Positions 1 to 11,084 of a DNA stretch of 64,000 nucleotides are shown here, one piece after another. The notes under the pieces are model-generated. The model searched no databases. It was not told the origin of the DNA and saw only the letters and a program-made list of their open reading frames with translations. The translations under genes were made by a program, and so were the position numbers. How positions within the stretch are numbered: position 1 is the stretch's first letter; every line of letters starts with the position of its first letter. This DNA comes from Sarea resinae. Its lineage: Eukaryota. The stretch spans positions 1 to 64,000 of the forward strand of contig JAPEUD010000004.1 of the NCBI GenBank assembly GCA_026026165.1, in the 5' to 3' direction.

Positions 1-149
1 GGGGGGTCGGGTCGGGGTCTAGGGTTTTCTTCTATAGATATCTATCTTACCTACACATCTACACACCTATACGACTCTAATCTACCTACCTACCTGATAT
101 AATTGTCCTACCTTACCTTTAGTACCTTGTCTTATCTTGTTTTCCAGAG

Positions 150-151
150 CT

Positions 152-203
<52 letters not shown>

Positions 204-408
204 TTTGGCCCTGCCCCATACAGATATAGAAAAAGTTTGTACGAGGACACACAGATACACACAACACACACACACAGTTGTACACATACCATCTCGTCCA
301 CTCTAATACCTCCCATACTTGATTTCCACTTCCGCATATTAAAAAAAAGCAAGAAGTCCGCATAGCAGTGATAGATAGCAGTGGCGCAACACAACACACA
401 GGACAGGG

Positions 409-454
<46 letters not shown>

Positions 455-1145
455 CTGAATCTCTCTCTCTCTCTCTTAGCCGCCGCTAAAATGTCCGAGG
501 AATAGGAATCGTAAGACGTGGTTTTATAGCTGAGCTGAGCTGAGCTGAGCTGAGATGAGCTAGTTGACTTACTTGGCGGGGCGGCATGGCATGGCATGGC
601 ATGGCATGGCATGGCATACCGGAAGGAAGGTAAGGTAAGGTAAGGTAAGGTAAGGTAAGGCAAGGTAAGGTAGCCAATGGGATCGCACGGTCGCTGGCTG
701 GCTGGCTCCGTCCGTCGATGGAAGGATCCAGGACCAACCAGACAGACAGACCACTTCGTCGTATGAGAGATGAAACGGCCTTCCTTCCTTTCTTCTTTCT
801 TCTTTCTTCTTTCTTCGAGAGTCACTGATTCACCGATCCAGTGCAATTGTTCCAGGGCAGGGAGGTTTTAAGGAGGAGGGGAGGGGGGGAACTGATAGGT
901 TGTTTGTTTGTTCGTTTGTTTGTTCTCTCCATCTCTCCATCTCCGTCGCTACGAAAGAAAAGAACGAAAGAAAGAAAGGATAACATGACATAGAACAAGC
1001 ACAACATGACACAACACGGCAGGGCACAACACAGCACGGCAAAGCATCCATTTGAAAAGAAAGAAAGAAAAAAACGACAAAGGACAGAAGATTGTTAATC
1101 ATGTACCAAGCCAAACCAAGCCCAGCCCAGCCCAGCCCAGCCCAG
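150..1145. repeat. Microsatellite cluster: (CT)n, (GA)n, (GCTGA)n, (GGCAT)n, (GGTAA)n, (AGCCC)n
   Basis: Directly visible tandem repeats downstream of the kinase. Confidence 0.95.
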
Positions 1146-1382
1146 GAAGCCCAAATATGCATTTGCCTTTGCCCATCGCCCGTCGTGCATTGTCATCGTG
1201 CATCGAACATCAGACATCGAACATGTACCGCCGTTTCATTAACCCCCCTTCATCCGCCACCGTCATCCCGTGTTATGACCCCATTCCAACCCCGCCTCAT
1301 TCCACACCCTCCCGCAGTCAAGGAAATTCTTCAGGCCCATGCTTCCAACATGCAAAGTATATCTAACAAAGTGAAAAAGGAA

Positions 1383-3701
1383 TTACTGCACAACCTGCTC
1401 GCGCAATTTGCTCGGATCTGCTTCTCGCTTGCCCCTTCGGCCAAGCAAGGTAGCATTGTCCAGACTCAGCTCGAACGCACCCTTTTGCTTCCTCGCCTGT
1501 TGTCTGGCTGCCGCGGCGACCGCAGGACTGTGCTGACCATATCCTCGCTGCTGTCCGACGCCCGCAGCTTGCTGTCTGGCCTGAGCAGCCGCACTGGGTT
1601 GACCAAGATTGGTATTCCTTAGCGTTTGCTCGACCTTGCTGACGTCAGTATCTCTTGGCTTCGGCAATTTAGCAGATGGGTCCTGGCTATCGGCCTCGTC
1701 TTCTTCGTAGTCATCTGCTTCATCCAAAGGATTCAGGCCGTTGATGCCATTGGGGCCACGGTAGCCCTGCTTGAAGTTCTTCCGTCGTTTCCCTTCTTCC
1801 TCTTGACGGTGAACAGCGTAGCTGACGTCGAAGACTTCTCGTAGGTTGACGGCACCTGGTGATCGGAAGTCCATTCTTCTTCCAGCGTTGGGTGTCTCGA
1901 GGAACTGCGCGGAGAGAACTTGCTGGTGGGGCGCCGATTCCACTGCCTGAGGGGTCGCCCCCAGCTCCTTATGTCGTTGATAGAGAGGCGTAGCAAGTGG
2001 AGGTGCGTCGGCAGCAGCATGTGTCTCTTCGTTACTTTCACGGATCCAAGGGTGGTTGAGGAACTCGCTGATGGTATATCGTTTCTCAGGATCGACGGTC
2101 AGGAGATGGGAGATGAGATCTTGTGCGGATTTTGAGATGTCATCCCACCACGGCGACAGGAACGTGTATTGTCCTCGAGCGACCTTCTCGGTAAGGACCT
2201 GGATGCTCTCATCGTAGAAAGGAGGAAAGCCGCACAACAATGTGTAAAGGACGCAGCCCAACGCCCACATATCTACGCTCTTCGAGTATCGCTCGTCTTT
2301 GACTATCTCTGGCGCAGTATAGCCGACTGTACCACAGGGCGTCATCGTCTCGTCATCCCATACAACTTTTGATAGACCAAAGTCGGCAATCTTGATCTGT
2401 CCGATACCGCCAGCTCCAACGCCGGGGATGAACTCTCCTTCGTCTTCTTTCTCCTCCTCGTCTGCTGCTCTTGGCTTAGGATTCCGTGTCGGGATGAATG
2501 GCGTGGGGTAGAATAGCAAGTTTTCGGGTTTGATATCTCTGCAACGGAGTCATCAGTGCCTACTCTTTGCCGAGATACGAAGGGACAACGTACCGATGTA
2601 CGACACCGCATTCTTCGTGCAGATATTCTAGTGCTTTAGCAACCTGGACTATGACATGTCGACTGAGATTTTCGCTAAAGTAAGTAAATCGAACGATCTG
2701 GTGGAAGAGCTCGCCTCCAGGGCAAAGTTCTAGGACGATGTAATAGAATTGTCGAGATTCGGAAAAGTCAACCAGTCGGACGATATTGGGATGATCGAGT
2801 TGCTTCATGATTTGGACTTCCTTGAGGATATTCGCACGCTATATCAAAAAGAAGGACTGTTAGCTATCCAAAAGGAGCACATCTGGAGTCGAATTGTTGG
2901 TGTTGCTACTGCCAGAGGCTAGATAATGCTGTTAAGGAAGGTTAATGCGCACCTCCACGACCTTAGGTTCCTTTTTGAAATCCGGATGTAGATGTTTATC
3001 GCCCTACGCAGCCACCACGGTATTGGCGGGAAGTCCCGGACGAATTGCAGCGAGAATCAAAGACGAGGAAGTACAGAAAGGCAGAGCAACAAGAACGATA
3101 GAACGATAGAGAAATGGGTCAGGCATTCGACCACACGTACCTGGCTAGAGTTCATTTCGAACTTGCGGACCACTTTGATGGCCACCTCAGGAGATTCTCC
3201 GGTACTATCCTTTGCCCTATACACGTTGCTGAAAGCACCATCTCCCATCTTTTCCACCAAGATCCATCTCTCTAAACCCGGATATTTCGGGAACTTGCCA
3301 CTGCTCTCTCTCTCCTCGGCCACGATCTTCTCTAAAACGGTAGCATCGTAGTCCTTTTTCCGATCGTTTGCGCCGCCCGCGTGTGCGGCTTGTGCCTTGT
3401 GATGGTCGCCTACCGCGCGCGCAGCGACCCCTCCAGCCTGCGCAGCCACATTGCGATTATCAATGTTAGCTGCCGAAAAGTCTCCACCAGGCGGACCGCC
3501 GCCTTGTAATGGCTTGTGTTCAGCTATATTGGGATCGCTGATCGCATGTTGACGTTCTGGTGGTGAGGAGCCATGGCCGAAGCGATGCTGTTGTGCGTGC
3601 ACAGGTGAGACATTGGTGGTTGCATCGCCGTGGGGCGAGTTGCCTGTGCGGGCTTGTTTTCCATGACGGATAAAGTTCTTGAGGTTCTGTATGGTACTCA
3701 T
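1383..3701 (-). CDS. srkA: CAMK-group MAPK-activated Ser/Thr kinase (SrkA/Srk1/Rck2 family); exons 3701-3141, 3003-2953, 2838-2594, 2538-1383
   Basis: Motifs GDGAFSNVY, VAIKVV, HRDIKPEN (across an intron), DFG, TPCGTVGYTAPE and DMWALG. N-terminus MSTIQNLKNFIRHGKQAR is typical of the family. Splice sites read manually. Confidence 0.92.
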
Positions 3702-4549
3702 GGCTCAGTATGTCTGCGTCTCTAGGCTGAGGACGGCAGATGTGGGGGACAGAGATGAGATGAGGAGAAAAGAGTAAGGTCGCGACGATCTTGTGAAGTG
3801 CGATGCAATCAACGATAGAAAGGTTGAGATGGACCGGACGAGAGGATGTGAGTTTCTCGACGTCTGTGATGGGAGAGGGGGGCAGAAAGTCGTGAAGGAT
3901 AGAGTGTATGTAGAGGGGAAAGGCAGGATCGATGGACGGTCTTGCAGGTATTTAGCGCGATGACGCTCGTGGGGCGTGGTCGGCTTTACGCGAAGCGACC
4001 TATGACGCCGCTGCAGCAGAACAAAGCAACCAAGCAAAGCAGGGCCTGAACAAGACAGGCCGCTAACTATTCTTGGATGGGATGGGCGAGCTCTGCAAGA
4101 TCGAAAAGAATAGGTAGGGGGAAAATAGCATCAAAGGTGTGGGACGATGGAGATCCTCGCGGGTTTGGGGGCGTTGAGCTCTCAATTCTGCTTGCAATCG
4201 AATTTCGGGAGGTGCTATGTCGAATGGTTTGCTGGTCGTGGGTAGAAGAAGGCGCGGAGAAATGTAATGGGGATTGCAGTGGAGAGCAGCGACGGGACGG
4301 GGACGGGGCCGGCAGGGACGAGCAAGGAACGGACGGCGGAGAGAGCTGGGGAGGAGAGGAGAGTGGAGGAATGCCCAGTGACGCAAACGGGGCTTAACAG
4401 GGCAAGAAGCGAGAAATTGGAGGAATAGTGCGCGTAAGGGAAAAGGTACAAATCAGGCATGTAACAGGTCATGGTGGCGGCAGTGTAGAAGGTACGCCGT
4501 CTCGGAAACGAAAGAAAGTACCACTGCACTCACCTCGATCATAGGCATG

Positions 4550-4725
4550 ATGAATGACGATGATGATGATGATGATGATGTCGGCGTCGATGCCGATGCC
4601 GATGCCGACGCTGATGCAGATGCTGATGCAAATGTGGTGGTGGTGGTGGTGGTGGTGGTGGTGGTGGTAGTGGTGGTGCTGATGCTGATAAAGATGGTGA
4701 TGATGATAGTGACGGTGATGGTGAT
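4550..4725. repeat. Compound trinucleotide/hexanucleotide repeats (GAT)n, (GATGCC)n, (GTG)n
   Basis: Directly visible. Confidence 0.95.
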
Positions 4726-7230
4726 TACCAACCCCCTTCACGAGCAGCTCTCTCTCACCTCACGCTGCGGACGCCCTTCTTACCGAAAGAATCACACAGT
4801 CGCGTCTGACGATGGATGTGGTGAGGGAACGATGATGGGAAATTAGAGGCAACCAGGTGGTGTAACTGTCGGAAATTCTCTCCTTCTTGGTGGGTGTCGT
4901 ACGTGGGCCAGCTCAGGCAGCCGAGCTGTCAGCTAGGCCGGGTGAAAAGGTGCCTTGGCGTGGCCACGAAAGGCCGTGCAGCGCTTCTTTGGCGGGAGGG
5001 GCTCGAAAGATCGATGTAGAGAGAGATGGCAGTGGAGGTTCGGGAGGGGACACTGATGAACTCTGGAAAACAAAGAGAGAGTCAATCTTGCACATCAACA
5101 GGCGTGTGGACAGGACTGCACGAATATCGAACTGTCGAGCTTAGGTGGCTGACCGCGTGGACGAGGCTACGACCGGACACTGTACGAATGCCATGTACTA
5201 CGTAGTAGATGGCTACCTTCTCTTTGTTCTTTTCCTGCCTCTACGCCTGCTCTGCCTGTGAATGGGTGGATCGTGGTCCGTCAGTAAACACCTCAGTGCT
5301 GACGGCCAATTACGGCTGGACCCCCTGTACCCGGATGATTCAGGACAAGCTCTTGACAGTCTCCCTACTCGTCTTGGCTCATACCTAATCGTGAATGCAG
5401 CATGCCACTTCGAGCACCGTTCCTCGAGGCCGGTGGCTGTCTCTGCCTTGGAGACCTGTCGAGTGGTCTTCCAAAGAGATTCTCTACAGTATTCTCGATA
5501 CGCAAGTGAGATCTCGCCGTGGAGCGAGCCATCCTACCTACTGCGCAGTACTAGAGCATCGATTCTGGGGGTAGGGTACCTGCTGCACGATGGCCTAAAC
5601 GACGAGCGAGCGACGACCTTATTTAGGCTCGCCGGCGAGAAGGTAACGAAGTACGAATACAGTAGTATCTGCAAACAGCTGGAGATCTACGGATGCTATC
5701 TCACAGTCAAGTCGGAGATCTATACGATCTGGTACAGCAGTAAGTATTCCGTCGTCCTACGATAATACTGAGGTGTGCCGGGTCTGCCGACCGTACCGTA
5801 ACGGTGGAATCGGAACACAATGGAAACCAGACCTCAAAGCCCCTATTGCCAGATCCAAGACCCCGTTTGAGAAACACTTTACTACATAGTATGTAGATGA
5901 ATGAGTCTTGGATGCGGGTTTTCCCTCCAGAGGATGTGGTAGAGTCGTGACCAGGAGAGGTGATGGATTTGTGCCCAATGGTTCGTAGCTCGCTCGCAAC
6001 CCGCAGCCCTCAGCCCGCAAACCGCAACCCAAGCTCCAAGTTCCGGTCCAACCCCGGGATCCAGGGTCACTCTCCTCTTCCCCTCAAATCAGTACCTAGT
6101 ACTGCGATGTAGGCAGTACCTAGGTAGCCCCTTGACAGATCTTGGCTAAAGCCCGCCATCGCTCGTCGCGGGGAGACCAGCTAACTAAGGTACCGCACTC
6201 ACCTCAGTCGGCCCTCCAGCCGCGGACGTCATATCGCATGAGTCGCTTTCCTTCATGGTGTTTTGCATACTACCTTACTCTTCGCAACTGTATCAATTCA
6301 AGGAAGCACTCCATGGCGCGAGCCGCATGAGCCACAGACCAAGGTACCTATAAAAAGGCCAAGTAGACTACCTCCAGGGCCTACCTCCCTAGGTATCTAG
6401 CAATCAAGGAAGACCTATCGACGACGACCTCGGAGGGGAGGTCAGTAGGTAGAAATAGAGTAGATCGTCGATGCCAAATCCATGCATCTACAGCACTCTC
6501 ACCGTGCACTTTACATCTTGAGTCCTGAGCCGTTCGTTACTCAGAAGGAGTCGCATTTACAACTAGGTAGCTGCCAAACTTGTGTGCGAAGGACAAGGGA
6601 TGTGTTCAAGGCATCTAAGGCTAGGTACACACAATCCTGTCTCAGCCATTCGAAAGCAGAGCAGAATGGATGCCTTGTTTGAAATGTGTTGCAAGCATTG
6701 CGCTCACGCGCGCGGTTGCGATGGTCTTGGCGACAGCCATGTTGCCATTTCTCTTGCGACAGATGGAAATTTCGCAAAATACATCAGACGATGCCGCCTT
6801 GGTCCAAGCCTCCCGTCCGTTCTTGCTCGTCCGTCTTCCACCATGCCTTGGACCTCAGTAGGTAAGATGGATACTCACATTCGTGGCGGAGCGGAGGCTG
6901 TACAAACAGGCAGCACCACATTCACGATCTGGGGAGACAGCCGATACCTTAGGTACCTTACCTTGGTGTTCACTGACAGTACGAGGGTACCTGACCTCTC
7001 AAAGACGGATCGATTCCTACTCGTAGGTACCATACCTACCAAAGAGGTACTTCGTACTCCGTATATCCCGGCCCCGAAAAACCTCCACCCGATAACCACC
7101 TCACCATACCATGCTCTTTATCCCCTTCCTCCATCTCCACCTCCACCTCCACCTCCACCTCAACCTCCGAAAACCCATTGCCCCGCCCCCGGCCTAAAAA
7201 GAGGAACGGCAGAAAGAAGAGAACGGAAAA

Positions 7231-7683
7231 ATGGCCCAGGGACCGTCGTCGGCGAAGAAGCCGCAAAAGGCGGTCAACCACGCCCGGAACGCGTCGTCGA
7301 AGAGTAAAGTGTCCAAGGGAGCGCGGATGATCGCGCCCAAGAACCAGCGCTTGATCAGGCAGAAGAATATCACAAAGGTATGGATAGTTGTGTGCTTTAA
7401 GACTGCCCAGCCACAGCCCAATCGTGATAGAAAGAAACACATATACACATGCACACACGCACGCAGTGAGAGAAGGAAAGAGGAGGAAAAATTGATCTGC
7501 ATGACTAACCCATCCCATCACGAGCAGAAACTCACCTCGGGCCTAACCGCGCGCACCGAGCGCAGTCTCGCGGAAAAGGCAGGCCATCTCGAGATCCTGG
7601 GCGGCGGGAAGAAAGACAAGAAAGATGCCAAGAAGGCTGCCAACGGCGGCAAGGGAGGACATCAAGGGAAAGGCGGGAAGTGA
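7231..7683 (+). CDS. Small basic DUF2462 / C19orf53-like protein; intron 7378-7527
   Basis: MAQG start, KGARMIAPK, and after splicing [29 protein letters not shown]. Intron has GTATGG donor, ACTAAC branch point and CAG acceptor. Confidence 0.8.
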   Translation: MAQGPSSAKKPQKAVNHARNASSKSKVSKGARMIAPKNQRLIRQKNITKVWIVVCFKTAQPQPNRDRKKHIYTCTHARSERRKEEEKLICMTNPSHHEQKLTSGLTARTERSLAEKAGHLEILGGGKKDKKDAKKAANGGKGGHQGKGGK

Positions 7684-8548
7684 GGGAGCGGAGAAGCGGA
7701 AAGTCGCACTGGTTCATGAAGTACGTGAGAGGCGGAAGGGAGAGGAGGGCGGAGGGCGGAGGAAGCGAGGCTGTTCAGTGAGGCGGGCCCATGCCAGAGG
7801 AGTCTATATTTGATTGCGCATCCGAACCCACAAAAATGGGGCCCATCCAGCCAAGGCAGACACGGACGTGACATGGGCTAAGGGGAGAGGGAGGAAGAAG
7901 CAATCCGAGATCCCTCGCGGCAATCATCGACACCATGGCGGAGCCTTTCATTGCACATCTCCCGATCGCGCACTGGCGGGAATCAACCTGTCGAGCGAGT
8001 CCCACGGACGGGCCACCCATACCCAGGCTCGCTGTGCTTTTGGTCAGGGGCGGGCTCGGGCTCGGGCTCGGGCATTGGAATAGACGGGGTTCAATGAACG
8101 GTCATGCAAAGGATCCGACGAGCAGACTTTCTGACGGATGGAAGCATGGTCGGCTGGGCGTTGGCTCTATGTGATGTCTTGCTTCGCGTCATGTTTACAT
8201 ATTTATGAAAGCTATGGGATAGCGCATGATGCCAGACAGGTAGCTAGAACAATCAGACGCCGTGTGAGTGACGCGAGGAGAGTCACGTAGCCACTGCATC
8301 TACTTTACTGAGCACGGTACTCTAGACCTATCCGTGGAAAGGCATGATGAGTCGATGATCGGTCGGCGGGTGGTGGTCAGATATCATGGCATAGCATTAC
8401 TGTATGTAGTCTGTAGCTACCACAGCCGAACGCCTAGGCAATCGTACCCAGAGGTACACAAAAAATCAACGAGACCGCTCCTCGTCGCCATAAACAGCGA
8501 CATATGAAAATTCAAGAGGTAAAGCTGTAGAAAGAAAGGAAAAAAAAA

Positions 8549-10160
8549 TCATAGAGCCCTCGCAGCCTCTCCGGCACCAGACTCAATGGCCTGCTCTCTC
8601 GCTTTACCCTTGCCAAGGCCCCCCTCACCGACTCCCATCCGCCTCGCCACATAGCGCTGCGCCACGACCCCAACACCCAAGGCGAGGACCTCCTCGATCC
8701 ACTCGGCGACCCATTCGCGCGGATCCACGCCGCCGGACTCGATGATCTCGGCGATCTCCTCGGGCAATGCGGGCTCACCGCCCTCGACGGGTTGAGACGG
8801 CGCGTCGAGCCAGTCGAGCCATTTCTGCGGGATATTCTGCGAGAGCGTCTGGAACGTGATGCCGTGAACGGGGTCGTGGAGATAGATGCCAAAGGAGACG
8901 AGATCGTCAGCTTTCTCGCCGGGATCTTCGACGCTCTGGTCTTTTTCCTCGTTTGTCGCCGCGGTCGAACCCTGGAAGAGCTCCTGCGTGGCTGTCTGAC
9001 TGATGGCTTGGATGGCGAGGAAGATGTCGCTGCTGCGCACGGGATTGCTCTCGCTCAGATCCTCGGTGGCCTGCTTCGCTGCTTCCTCGACGCCGCCCCG
9101 CGAGGCGAAGTAGTCGTTTGCGTAGGCCTCGGCGCTGGCGCGGACGAGCTTCGTGCCTTCCGTGAGGCCCTTGACGGCGCCGATGTCACGTCGTTCGTTG
9201 GCTTGACGCCACCAGGGGCCGTCGCTCCATCCGGTGCTGCTGGAGCCGGTAAAACCGACATCTGAAGCTCGACGAGGCGATGACTCGTGGCCGCGCTGGA
9301 TAACCATGAGATCACCGCCTTCGACTTGTGCCATCACGCGCGAGAAGGTCTGGTAGATGAGAGGGTCTAGTGAGGGGTAGCCGATGAAGTCGTGGGTGAT
9401 GTGGATTTGGAGACGTTCGTGGGAGGAGATGGGTGGTGCCAGAGTGTGGAGGATGTTTGAGAACGTAGGAAGAGCACGGGAGCGAAGCTCGTCGCCTTCG
9501 GGGAGAGTTAAAAATCGGGGGGTTTCAAAGATACTACTATTGGAGTGCCTTACCGATTCCCCTCAACGCCCCAACGTTGCCTTTCACCTGTTCTGCCCAC
9601 CGCTGAGCTTCTTCGTTCTTCTGGATCTCCTTGACGGCTGCCTCGGCTTGCTTCACCGCCGCACTTGCCGTGGCGAAGATACCTCCCCACCAGCCTCCAC
9701 TCTGCTGAGGTTGCTCAGACGAGGCAGCTGGGGCAACAGCTTCGGGCACTTCCGCCATCGCAGTCGCTGCCGTTGCTGCTGAAGGTGTCAAGCTTCTGTG
9801 AAATGATCTAGTGCTCTCTCCCGACTTCCTCGGAAGCGTCCTATCTTCGCTGCCTCGACTCGAGAGAGTCGGCGGAGGTGTGCCAGTGGCACCACCCCGC
9901 TTTGCCGAGCCTTGTCCAGCTGGAGCAGCGATCTTGGGTGTATGTGGCCTGCTGGCCGGTCGCTCAGCCGCGAGGTTGTCTAGCTCGGCCAAGAGGTCCT
10001 GCTCAGACTGTATTGCAGGGACAGTTGGTTTTGAAGCTTTGGCTGCGGAGGCCTTCGCAGCCGAAGCCTTGGGGGGTGGGTCAGGAGCACTATCTTCCTC
10101 ACCGAGGCCCTCGAAGAGCTTGGAGAGCTCATCATCGGTGGCTTTCTTGCCAGCCGCCAT
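8549..10160 (-). CDS. MTC1: Maintenance of telomere capping protein 1 (Mtc1) homologue; intron 9553-9496
   Basis: GGWWGGIFATASAAVKQAE, spliced GDELRSRALPTFSNILHTLAPPISSHERLQIHITHD, and C-terminal WVAEWIEEVLALGVGVVAQRYVARRMG. Confidence 0.8.
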
Positions 10161-11084
10161 CGTGAGGTAGACAATAAAGGGTTGAGAGAGTGGATCGGTG
10201 AAGGGCTGGGGAGGGAAGATCAAACGCGGCAGAGCAGAGAGTTATATGATTGTTGTTGATACAGTAGTAGTCAGTAGAGTAGCTGCGGTGGAGTACTCAT
10301 CGTAGAGCAACGTCCGCTGTAGACGCAGCATGGATGCGACAGTTGCTACATAGTACTGCTCCGGTGGTCAGGGTTCCGGTGCACTTGGCAGGCTTACCGC
10401 AGTAAGCGAGACCGTGATTTCCTCTTTCATCGATGCGGCAGATTCGTCCACTAGAGCCTTGGACGACTCTCGTCTGTATCATCAATTTCGCTGCCTCTAC
10501 CTCCCCGTTCCTCACTCCGGACCATTTATTGTAACACCAACAACAATCTGCCCTGTCCGCGCGTCAATAGGAAATCCTTTAATCCATCGTAATTCTCTTC
10601 TTTTCTCCATAATTCTTCTGGGCTGCGACTTGCCAAAGCTGCATTCTTCTAATCCTGTACTCCATCATCATCATCACAATTCTTCCTTCTTTCTTCTCTC
10701 TTCGCCTCTCGCACCTCACCATCATAATCAAAACGACCACCACGAGGACGGTTTTAGACACGTCGCAGACCTTGAACATCATCAATAATTATCGCAATCG
10801 ATTTGTCCGAGTAATCACTTCTCATACCTGTAAGTGAGGCCGATTAGCTCATTGTTTATTCAAAGTTCTTGATTTTCTGCGCTTCCTATTGTCCCTGTCC
10901 TTCTAACTCAAATCAACCCAACCACCTGACTTTCACCCACGTTGCTTTGCTTGACTCTCATCGTATCATGTCAACCCAACTTGATCATTAAAATCTCATT
11001 ACCTTGGATCGCCAATTTTACGTCTTTTCTTTTCTTGTAGTGTGTTTTCACTTTTCGCTCAACTCCAGCCAGATCCGAGTAATC

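Noticed and set aside
82..1162. ORFs of 60-254 aa at the window start
   Set aside because: They are translations of microsatellites (LTLPY, HAMPC, ERER, LSLS) with no domain signal.
3705..4037. In-frame upstream ORF ending 3 nt before the kinase ATG (possible N-terminal extension)
   Set aside because: It has no ATG, its composition is UTR-like, and the stop context TGA-GCC is not a readthrough motif.
4453..4846. Poly-Thr/His/Val/Asp ORFs
   Set aside because: Artefacts of trinucleotide repeats, open in several frames on both strands.
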